DNA of 64,000 nt from positions 17,622 to 81,621 of the forward strand of contig JAYFPE010000005.1 in assembly GCA_034928145.1 (NCBI GenBank), given 5' to 3'. The stretch comes from Candidatus Pelethousia sp. Lineage in GTDB: Bacteria; Bacillota; Clostridia; Christensenellales; CAG-138. The notes below the pieces were generated by a model. It was not told where the DNA came from. It ran no database searches and worked only from the letters and a program-made list of their open reading frames with translations. The translations under genes were made by a program, and so were the position numbers. This document shows, one piece after another, positions 48,836 to 56,153 of this stretch (position 1 is the stretch's first letter; every line of letters starts with the position of its first letter).

Positions 48836-49354
48836 TTAGGGCAGGCTCCGCACGACCGCGGCAGAGGCCGATCCCGCGAAGGAGAAGGCTATCAAAGCCG
48901 CAATGACCAGCACGAATAGAGCTACCAGCACGCCCAAGGCGATCCAGATCGCCTTGCCCGTTTTGGCCCCTGCGGGCCGGGTCAGGGGCTGCCTATCCTG
49001 CGGCAGGGCGGCGCCGCAGTTGGCGCAAAGGGCCCAATTCGTTTCCACTGGCAAGCCGCAGGCGTCGCATTTATATTTGAGGGGGCTGCCGCATTGGGGG
49101 CAAAGGCTGTATGCGGGCTCCACCTTGGCCCCGCAGGCGGCGCATTGCAGGCCCTTGTGGCTTGCGCGCATCACCAGGTATATGATCAGGCCGATGCAGT
49201 AGGGTACCAGGGCGCTCACCAGTGCCCAAAGCCAGGGTTCCATACCCCGGGCCTTGGCGTCCTTATAGACGGCGACGCCGATAACGATCGGCACGGCCAT
49301 GAACAGCAGCAGGATGCCCCCTCCGTGTATCACAGTTAACAGCACATTGTTCAT
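48836..49354 (-). CDS. Membrane protein with double zinc-ribbon domain
   Basis: Two TM helices, then CAACG...CPQCG...CDACG...CANCG, then a C-terminal TM helix. Confidence 0.6.
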   Translation of the reverse strand: MNNVLLTVIHGGGILLLFMAVPIVIGVAVYKDAKARGMEPWLWALVSALVPYCIGLIIYLVMRASHKGLQCAACGAKVEPAYSLCPQCGSPLKYKCDACGLPVETNWALCANCGAALPQDRQPLTRPAGAKTGKAIWIALGVLVALFVLVIAALIAFSFAGSASAAVVRSLP

Positions 49355-49374
49355 TCTATCTGCCCTTCCTCTCT

Positions 49375-49689
49375 TTATCCGTTCTTACTTTCATCCAGGC
49401 GGGCCTGCCAAAGCGCTGCGCCGCCCGCCAGAAGCGACCCCCACAGACCCAGGCCCATCCCCAGGGAAGTTAAGGCCCAGCGGGAGTCTATAGCCGCGAT
49501 CAACCGCAGCAGCCAAATCCCCAGAAGGGCCAGCAGCAGCGAGAGCAGGCAGCTCAGGGCCAGCAGCCAGCGCTCCGCTCGCGCGGCACGGCGCTGGGCC
49601 AGGCGGGCCCGCAGGGCAGCCGCGCTCGCGGGGGGCGGCGTTTCCGTCTGCCATACATAAGAAGATAACCGCCGATCCAGTTCATTCAT
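49375..49689 (-). CDS. Putative anti-sigma factor (single-pass/two-TM)
   Basis: Overlaps the stop of the ECF sigma gene by 8 nt. Short cytoplasmic N-terminus followed by TM segments. Confidence 0.45.
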   Translation of the reverse strand: MNELDRRLSSYVWQTETPPPASAAALRARLAQRRAARAERWLLALSCLLSLLLALLGIWLLRLIAAIDSRWALTSLGMGLGLWGSLLAGGAALWQARLDESKNG

Positions 49690-50161
49690 CTTTTAGCGCC
49701 TCCCTTAAAAGCTCTCTTCCCCGGCTCAGCCGGGACTTCACCGTGCCCGGCCGCACACCCAGGACGCGGGCCGCGCGCTCCACGCTTTGGTCGCAGAAAT
49801 AATAGAGCAGCACAGCCTGGCGGTAAGGCTCCGGCAGCCCGTCCACAGCCTGGCGCACAAAAGCCGCTTCCTCGACCTGCGGCGGCGGGATGGCAAAAGC
49901 CTCCGGCGGGACCGCACCCTCTTCGTTCAGGCTGAGGAAGGAAAGCAGCTTTTTGCGCCTTAGGCCATCCCGGTAAAGGTTCACGCAGACGCGGGCCAGA
50001 TAGCCGCCGGGGTTTTCCAGCTTAACCAGTATGTCCTGCTTTTGCAGGGCGCGAAGCAGGGTCTCCTGGTAAAGATCCTCGGCATCGGTCCAGCCGGCGC
50101 AAAGCTTGCGGCAAAGGCCGAAAAGCCTTGGACCCTGGCTTTCGATGAGCGCGTCTAGCAT
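49682..50161 (-). CDS. ECF-type RNA polymerase sigma factor
   Basis: Region 2 (AEDLYQETLLRAL) and region 4 (SVERAARVLGVRPGTVKSRLSRGRELL). The start is moved to MLDALIE. Confidence 0.85.
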   Translation of the reverse strand: MLDALIESQGPRLFGLCRKLCAGWTDAEDLYQETLLRALQKQDILVKLENPGGYLARVCVNLYRDGLRRKKLLSFLSLNEEGAVPPEAFAIPPPQVEEAAFVRQAVDGLPEPYRQAVLLYYFCDQSVERAARVLGVRPGTVKSRLSRGRELLREALKDE

Positions 50162-50327
50162 GCCGCTTCCTCTCTTTCCTTTTCTGCCCTTCACCTATTA
50201 TAACGCATAGGGCCGCCAAACGGTTCCCACGGGCGCGCCACAAAACAATCTCCTTTTCGCGGAATCACCAGCGGCCCTTTCGGCAATGCTAAGAGGGTAA
50301 TGATCATTTCGATGGGGGATGGATGCA

Positions 50328-51101
50328 ATGGCGCTCAACAAGGTAGAGATTTGCGGGCTAGATACGGCGAAGCTGCCCATGATGACACAAAAGCGGAGCC
50401 GTGAGCTTCTGATAAAAATACAGGGGGGCGATACGGAAGCCCGCCAAACCTTTATTCAGGAAAACCTGCGGCTGGTGCTGAGCGTGATTCAGCGCTTCAG
50501 CGGCAGGGGCGAGCAGATGGACGACCTTTTTCAGGTGGGCTGCATCGGGCTTATCAAAGCCATCGATAATTTTGACCTCAAGCACGAGGTACGCTTTTCC
50601 ACCTATGCCGTGCCCATGATCATCGGCGAGGTGCGGCGGCATCTAAGGGACAACAATGCCCTCAGGGTATCCCGTTCCATTCGGGATACGGCTTACCGGG
50701 CCCTACAAACGCGTACCCGCTTGATGGATGAGATGGGCCGTGAGCCGCACCTGAGCGATGTGGCCAAGGCCATGGAGCTATCGGAAGAAGAGGTGGCCTT
50801 TGCCCTGGATGCGATCCAGGACCCGGTCTCCCTTTTCGAGCCCATCTACCACGATGACGGGGATGCCATCTACGTGATGGATCAAGTGAAGGATGATGGT
50901 GAGAACGACGATGATTGGCTCACCCATGTGGCCCTGGAGACCGGTATGGAAAAGCTCACCGAGCGGGAGCGGCGTATCCTGCGGCTGCGCTTCTTCCTGG
51001 GCCGCACGCAGATGGAGGTGGCCGAAGAGATCGGTATCAGCCAGGCCCAGGTATCCCGCCTCGAAAAAAGCGCGCTTAAGCATATGCGAAAATATGTATA
51101 A
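50328..51101 (+). CDS. sigG: Sporulation sigma factor SigG
   Basis: NKVEICGLDTAKLP N-terminus, NLRLVLSVIQRF, DDLFQVGCIGLIKAIDNFD and STYAVPMIIGEVRRHLRDN closely follow B. subtilis SigG as I recall it. Confidence 0.85.
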   Translation: MALNKVEICGLDTAKLPMMTQKRSRELLIKIQGGDTEARQTFIQENLRLVLSVIQRFSGRGEQMDDLFQVGCIGLIKAIDNFDLKHEVRFSTYAVPMIIGEVRRHLRDNNALRVSRSIRDTAYRALQTRTRLMDEMGREPHLSDVAKAMELSEEEVAFALDAIQDPVSLFEPIYHDDGDAIYVMDQVKDDGENDDDWLTHVALETGMEKLTERERRILRLRFFLGRTQMEVAEEIGISQAQVSRLEKSALKHMRKYV

Positions 51102-51286
51102 TTAATATTAATAAAGACAAAAAAGAGGGCCGCGCCCTCTTAGACTGTCGAAAAAGTCCATGGGGGCCGGAGGCTTTAATCGTGAGCGGCGGCGTGTACG
51201 CCGCGAGCGAAAAGCCTTGCTTGCCAAGGCTTTCTCTGCATGAAACAGCGACCGCGAGGTACGAGCAGTTGTTTCATAGAGACTCA

Positions 51287-51313
51287 AAAAAGTGGCTATG
51301 CCCCACTTTTTTG
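51287..51313. terminator. Bidirectional terminator
   Basis: AAAAAAGTGG-ctatgcc-CCACTTTTTT, with a U run on both strands. Confidence 0.7.
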
Positions 51314-51343
51314 ACACGCTGTGAAGGCCGCGCGCCCTCTTTT

Positions 51344-52048
51344 TTAGTGTTCGCTCACGCGGCGGTAGATCAGATAACCGCATAGGCTGATGGCCAGCGT
51401 GCCCCCAAACACCAAAATGGCAAACCAATATTCCTGAATGCCCAGGGCATTGCCGCCCACAGTGGAGGTGACGATAGAAGGGATGCGAGCTACGGTGCTG
51501 ATGAACAGCCAGGTGGAGAGGGGCATGTCCGTAAGACCCACGCAATAGGTGAGTACATCCTTAGGCGTGCCGGGGATGAAGAAGAGCAGGAAGGTTAGGA
51601 TATCCCGCTTTTTCGCATCCCGCAGGAAACGCAGGGAAAGGATGCGCTCCCGCGGGAAAAAAACCTCCACGGCCCGTATGCCCCAATTGCGCACAAAGAG
51701 GAACACGGCTAGGCTCCCCAAAAAGGTCCCGGCCAGGCAGAGGAAGGTGCCCTCCCAAAAGCCGAAGGCATAGCCTGCGGCAATCTCCAGCGGCTCCCCC
51801 GGGATGAAAGCGATTACCACCTGGGCGAACATCATGCCTATAAAGGCTACGCGGCCCCAAAGGCCCTGGTCATCCACCCAGCGGCGGAAGGCCTCCGGGC
51901 TTTGCAAAAAGCGCAGCATGGGCACCCCCACAGCCACAAATAAAAGGACCAGCAACGCCAAAAAAGCGGCAATGGCTAAGCCGCTCCAAAACCGCTTTTG
52001 TTTTTGTGTCAATCTTCCTTCCAGCCGTTTTTCATGTTTCATACCCAT
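51344..52048 (-). CDS. TVP38/TMEM64 (DedA-related) family membrane protein
   Basis: VIAFIPGEPLEIAAGYAFG and LLFFIPGTPKDVLTY motifs. Confidence 0.85.
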   Translation of the reverse strand: MGMKHEKRLEGRLTQKQKRFWSGLAIAAFLALLVLLFVAVGVPMLRFLQSPEAFRRWVDDQGLWGRVAFIGMMFAQVVIAFIPGEPLEIAAGYAFGFWEGTFLCLAGTFLGSLAVFLFVRNWGIRAVEVFFPRERILSLRFLRDAKKRDILTFLLFFIPGTPKDVLTYCVGLTDMPLSTWLFISTVARIPSIVTSTVGGNALGIQEYWFAILVFGGTLAISLCGYLIYRRVSEH

Positions 52049-52126
52049 GTATATAGGATACCCGAAAACAGAGGCGAAACCATTATAAGCCGCTTCATTT
52101 TTCTTTATATCTTTGCTTTTTTTGCT

Positions 52127-52849
52127 TTAATTCTCATTTAAGCCCGCAATATGCCTGATTACCTCGCCGGCGCAGATGAGACCTGCCGCGCCCGGCACAA
52201 AGCTGATGCTGGCCGGGATGGCCCGGCGGCCCGGGGGCGCTGCTTCGGCGCTACGCTGCGGCACGTGTGGCTCCTCCGGGGACCAAACCACCCGCACGCC
52301 CCGTATACCCCGCCGCTTCAACTCCCGCCGCATCACCCGGGCCAGCGGGCAGACCTCGGTTTGCTCGATATCGCTTACGCGAAAGGCCGTAGGGTCAATT
52401 TTGTTGCCCGTGCCCATGCTGCTGATGACAGCCACGCCCGCCGCCTTGGCCCGCTCGATGAGCAGGAGCTTGGACGTGACGGAATCGATGGCGTCGATGA
52501 TATAATCATAAGCCGCCAGGTCGAAAGCATCCGCTGTGGCGGCCTCGTAGCGGGCTACCCGGGCTTCGACTACGGTATCCGGATCGATATCGGCAATGCG
52601 GGCCTTGGCGGCAAGGGCCTTGGGCCGGCCAATGGTGGAGCGTAGAGCGACAAGCTGCCTGTTTAAATTGGAAGGAGCGACTACGTCGTCATCCACCAGC
52701 AGCAGGCGGCCCACGCCGGCGCGGGCAAGAGCCTCCGCCGCGAAGGAGCCCACGCCCCCCAGGCCGAACACGGCCACGGCTGCTGCGCGCAGCCGGGCTA
52801 CGCCTTCCTCTCCAACAAGCATGGCCGTGCGTACATATTGCTCCTGCAT
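52127..52849 (-). CDS. tcdA: tRNA threonylcarbamoyladenosine dehydratase (ThiF/TcdA family)
   Basis: VAVFGLGGVGSFAAEALARAGVGRLLLVDDD Rossmann motif. The start is moved to MQEQYVR. Confidence 0.85.
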   Translation of the reverse strand: MQEQYVRTAMLVGEEGVARLRAAAVAVFGLGGVGSFAAEALARAGVGRLLLVDDDVVAPSNLNRQLVALRSTIGRPKALAAKARIADIDPDTVVEARVARYEAATADAFDLAAYDYIIDAIDSVTSKLLLIERAKAAGVAVISSMGTGNKIDPTAFRVSDIEQTEVCPLARVMRRELKRRGIRGVRVVWSPEEPHVPQRSAEAAPPGRRAIPASISFVPGAAGLICAGEVIRHIAGLNEN

Positions 52850-53020
52850 AAAGTCCCCTATCCTCTCAATATGGATTCGGATACAACAAAGGGCGGGATT
52901 TTCTCCCGCCCCAAGTATACCATACTGCACGAAAGGCTACAAACGGCCTTTTTCCAAATCAACGGCGCAAAGGCTGCGCCCCGAGGCCGCCGTCCGCGCA
53001 GGATCGCTGCCCGCGCAGGG

Positions 53021-53920
53021 CTAGAATTTGGCGATGACGGCGCCGCCGTAGGTGGCGTCGATGAACTGACGAACGGTCTCGCTCTGCAGGGCGGCGATGA
53101 GTGCCTTGGTGGCCTCGGTGTTCTCATTGCCTTCCTTAACGACGAGGATGTTAGCATAGGTCTCGGCGGCCACGGAATCCTTATCCTCAATGGCCAGGGC
53201 GTCGCTCACCTTCAGGTTGGCCTGGATGGCATAGTTGCCGTTGATCACGGCGACGTCCACATCCTGCAGGGCACGGGCCAACTGCGCTGCCTCGATCTCC
53301 TGAATATCCAGCTTCTTGGGGTTCTCGGCAATATCCAGCTTAGTGGCGGTGAGGCCGATGCCCTCCTTAAGCTTGATCAGGCCCTGGGCCTCGAGCAGCA
53401 ACAGCGCACGGGCTTCGTTGGTGCCGTCGTTGGGGATGGCTATGGTCGCGCCGTCGGCGAGATCCGCAAGGCTCGCGGTTTTTCCGGCATAGATGCCAAA
53501 GGGCTCATAGTGGACGGCTGCCACGGAAACCAGGTGCGTGCCGTTCTCGGCGTTGAAATCCGTAAGGTAGGGCTGGTGCTGGAAGTAGTTGGCATCCAGC
53601 TCGCCGCTCTCCAGGGCGGTGTTGGGAAGCACGTAATCGGTGAATTCCACGATCTCCAGCTCATAGCCGGCTGCGGCCAGTTCATCCTTGATAACGGCCA
53701 GGATCTCCGCATGCGGGGTGATGGAAGCGCCGACCTTGATCTTAACCAGCTCGGCGGAAGCGGCAGGCTCAGCCGCGGGCTCTGCGGGCTCGGCTGCCGG
53801 GGCAGCGGGTTCCGCAGGGGCGGCAGGTTGGGCGGCAGGTTGGGCGGCGGGTTGGGCGGCGCAGGCCGCAAGGGAGAGGGCCAGGACCAGGGCAAGGGTC
53901 AAAGTTAAGAGCTTCTTCAT
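53021..53920 (-). CDS. metQ: Methionine ABC transporter substrate-binding lipoprotein (NlpA/MetQ family)
   Basis: Lipobox LSLAAC, a Pro/Ala/Glu linker, then the MetQ core (IKVGASITPHAEIL...NYFQHQPYL). Confidence 0.9.
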   Translation of the reverse strand: MKKLLTLTLALVLALSLAACAAQPAAQPAAQPAAPAEPAAPAAEPAEPAAEPAASAELVKIKVGASITPHAEILAVIKDELAAAGYELEIVEFTDYVLPNTALESGELDANYFQHQPYLTDFNAENGTHLVSVAAVHYEPFGIYAGKTASLADLADGATIAIPNDGTNEARALLLLEAQGLIKLKEGIGLTATKLDIAENPKKLDIQEIEAAQLARALQDVDVAVINGNYAIQANLKVSDALAIEDKDSVAAETYANILVVKEGNENTEATKALIAALQSETVRQFIDATYGGAVIAKF

Positions 53921-53995
53921 GGTTAAATCCTCCTAATAAAATAATTTTTAAATGTATGCTGAACGCCTTGCGGCATTGCAGTTTATGGAGCGGAA

Positions 53996-54658
53996 TCAGC
54001 GCCTGCGCTTATCCGAAACGATGGTCAGCTTGTTTCCCGCGGCTTGGAACGCCTGCACGATGAGAACCAGGATCACCACGGCCATCCACATCATATCCGC
54101 CTGGTAGCGGTAATAGCCATAGTTGATGGCCACGGCGCCCAAGCCGCCGCCGCCCAGCGCGCCCGCCATGGCGGAGTAGCTGAGGATGGTGGTGGTGGCG
54201 ATAGTCGCCCCATTGATCAGGGAGGGCAGGCTCTCGGGCAAAAGCACCCGGGTGATAATCTGCCAGTTGGTTGCGCCCATGCTCTCTGCCGCTTCGATCA
54301 CGCCATGGTCGATCTCTTTGAGGGAGCCCTCCACCAAGCGGCCCACAAAGGGCGCGGCGGCGATGACCAGCGGCGGGATCACGGCCTTGGAGCCAATGGT
54401 AGTGCCAACCAGAAAACGGGTCAAGCCTAGAACGCATACGACGAGGATTAGGAAGGGTACGGAACGGAGCACATTTACCACAGCGCCCAAGGTCTGGTTA
54501 AAAGCAGGGCGGGGCTTGATGCCATCCTCCGCCGTGACCACCAGCAAAATGCCGATGGGAACGCCCAGGATATAGGCGATCACGGTGGAGACCAGCGTCA
54601 TGTAAAGGCTCGCCAGGGTCTCGTTGCCTAAGAGGGTCAGCATCTGCTGGTTAAACAT
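53996..54658 (-). CDS. metI: Methionine ABC transporter permease
   Basis: MetI pattern including the EAAESMGATNWQI EAA loop. Confidence 0.9.
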   Translation of the reverse strand: MFNQQMLTLLGNETLASLYMTLVSTVIAYILGVPIGILLVVTAEDGIKPRPAFNQTLGAVVNVLRSVPFLILVVCVLGLTRFLVGTTIGSKAVIPPLVIAAAPFVGRLVEGSLKEIDHGVIEAAESMGATNWQIITRVLLPESLPSLINGATIATTTILSYSAMAGALGGGGLGAVAINYGYYRYQADMMWMAVVILVLIVQAFQAAGNKLTIVSDKRRR

Positions 54659-55673
54659 GGTAAGCCTCCTCCTGGTAATTTACACCGTGCATTTCAAGGT
54701 AGCGCTTCATCTTTTCGACCACCGCGTCGTTCTCCGGCAGTTGCACCAAGGTGTAACCCACCATTTTGCCGTCGATGGTCTTGGTATCGGCAAAGAGGAT
54801 GTTCACGGGCGCGCCGCACTCAAGTACCATGCTGGTGATAACGGGGCTTGATGTCTTGGTGCCGTCGAAGATGATGCGCAGGCATCTCTCGCCCATCATC
54901 TCCTCGCCCAGGCGGCCGCTGGCGTAAAGCAGGCGCTTGGCGATCTCCGTTTGGGGCCGCATGAAGATATCCTCCACGCTGCCGATCTCGGCGATACGGC
55001 TGTTGTCGATAATGGCCACGCGGGAGCAGATCTCCTCGATCACGCTCATCTCGTGGGTGATCACCACGATGGTGATGCCCAGCTTCTGGTTGATCTCCCG
55101 CAAAAGGTCGAGGATGGAGCGCGTGGTGGTGGGGTCCAGGGCGCTGGTGGCCTCGTCACACAGGAGCACCTTGGGGTTGGCCGCCAGGGCCCTGGCGATG
55201 GCAACCCGCTGCTTTTGCCCGCCGCTGAGCTGGGCCGGATAGGCCTTTTCCTTATCCGTAAGCTCCACGATGGAGAGTAGCTCCCGCGCCCGCTTAACAG
55301 CGTCCGCCTTGGATACGCCCGCGATCTCCAGCGGGAAGCAGATGTTTTGCAGAGCCGTTTTCTGCATCAGCAGGTTAAACTGCTGGAAGATCATGCCCAT
55401 GTTGCGCCGGGCTGCCAGTAGCTCGCCCTCAGCCAGAAATTCCAGCGGCTGGCCGGCAATGACCACGCTGCCCTCGGTGGGCTTTTCCAAATAGTTCATG
55501 CAGCGCACCAGCGTGCTCTTGCCTGCGCCGGAGAGGCCGATGATGCCAAATATCTCCCCCTCGTAAATGGTCAGATCGATCCCGGAAAGGGCGGTGACCG
55601 CCGTATCCCCCGAGCCAAAGGTTTTATTCAACCCCCGGATGGTGATGATCTCGTTCCTGCTTGCCGCATTCAT
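54651..55673 (-). CDS. metN: Methionine ABC transporter ATP-binding protein with NIL domain
   Basis: GLSGAGKST, LSGGQKQRVAIARAL, LLCDEATSALD and a C-terminal NIL domain. The start is moved to MNAASRNE, after an AAGGAGG SD. Confidence 0.92.
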   Translation of the reverse strand: MNAASRNEIITIRGLNKTFGSGDTAVTALSGIDLTIYEGEIFGIIGLSGAGKSTLVRCMNYLEKPTEGSVVIAGQPLEFLAEGELLAARRNMGMIFQQFNLLMQKTALQNICFPLEIAGVSKADAVKRARELLSIVELTDKEKAYPAQLSGGQKQRVAIARALAANPKVLLCDEATSALDPTTTRSILDLLREINQKLGITIVVITHEMSVIEEICSRVAIIDNSRIAEIGSVEDIFMRPQTEIAKRLLYASGRLGEEMMGERCLRIIFDGTKTSSPVITSMVLECGAPVNILFADTKTIDGKMVGYTLVQLPENDAVVEKMKRYLEMHGVNYQEEAYHV

Positions 55674-55718
55674 GCGCCCGGTATACCTCCTTGAACCAAC
55701 TCGTATGATATCACACAT

Positions 55719-55751
55719 AAAAAGGGCCGTGAGCGTATACGCTCACGGCCC
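55719..55751 (-). terminator. Strong terminator inside the metN leader (candidate attenuator)
   Basis: On the minus strand: GGGCCGUGAGCG-UAUA-CGCUCACGGCCC (12 bp) followed by UUUUU, about 45 nt upstream of the metN ATG. Confidence 0.7.
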
Positions 55752-55770
55752 GGCTATATCCAAACTATGG

Positions 55771-55866
55771 CTATGCCAGCACCCATGGACGCACACGCTC
55801 TCCATGCCCGAAGGACATGGAGCCACACATCATCATGCCGCACATAGCCATGGCGAAATTCTTCAT
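55771..55866 (-). CDS. 31-codon Met/Cys-rich leader ORF upstream of metNIQ
   Basis: AAGGAG lies 8 nt before the ATG. The translation is MKNFAMAMCGMMMCGSMSFGHGERVRPWVLA, with 7 Met including an AUG-AUG-AUG run and 2 Cys. It lies between the promoter and the terminator. Confidence 0.5.
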   Translation of the reverse strand: MKNFAMAMCGMMMCGSMSFGHGERVRPWVLA

Positions 55867-55930
55867 AATGCTTGCTCCTTTCCTCCGTTCATAAGCGCTT
55901 AGCGCCCGCCGAAAAATCTTATTGCAATGT

Positions 55931-55959
55931 ATGATACCATGGCTGCCCTATCATGTCAA
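55931..55959 (-). promoter_or_regulatory. Sigma-A promoter of the met leader
   Basis: On the minus strand: TTGACA (55959-55954), a 17-nt spacer and TATCAT (55936-55931). Confidence 0.6.
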
Positions 55960-56000
55960 CCACAAAATATATATTTTCACTTTTGCCTATTCGGCTCTTT

Positions 56001-56153
56001 TCAGCCCTGGCCCTTATACTTGCGATAGGTAGCCATGCCGCCCCGGATATGCCGCTCCTCCTTGTTGCGCTTGAGGATCTGCCCCACGGCCAGCGCCCGG
56101 CAGGTGTCTAGCCCCGTCAGGCGCTCGGTCATATCCTTATGTAAGGTTGTCAT
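56001..56153 (-). pseudogene. spoIIID: 3' fragment of spoIIID (stage III sporulation regulator), interrupted by the mobile element
   Basis: The translation MTTLHKDMTERLTGLDTCRALAVGQILKRNKEERHIRGGMATYRKYKGQG aligns without gaps to the C-terminal half of B. subtilis SpoIIID (..STVHKDLTERLPEINPDLANEVKEILDYHKSIRHLRGGEATKLKYK..). An in-frame TAG lies at 56157-56159, and the N-terminal HTH part is absent. Confidence 0.8.

Noticed and set aside
50200-50327. Sigma-F/G-type promoter upstream of sigG.
   Set aside because: GCAAT and GGTAATGAT-like elements are present, but their spacing does not fit the consensus as I remember it. This is not supportable by eye.
51108-51545. 145-aa minus-strand ORF spanning the sigG/TVP38 spacer.
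   Set aside because: It runs through two terminators and overlaps the 3' end of the TVP38-family gene in another frame.
53780-53880. Short tandem DNA repeats. Examples are GGCAGGTTGGGC-type units in metQ, GGCGGCCTCCGCCGG x2 at 12790-12840 in the ruvB tail, and (CGG TTC)n at about 11960-12000.
   Set aside because: All of them lie in frame inside coding regions and encode Pro/Ala/Glu linkers or tails. They are not CRISPR arrays or intergenic satellites.
55567-55902. 111-aa plus-strand ORF across the metN 5' end and leader.
   Set aside because: It is antisense to metN and to the promoter/leader/terminator unit, has no SD, and has a His/Met/Pro-rich mirror-image composition.
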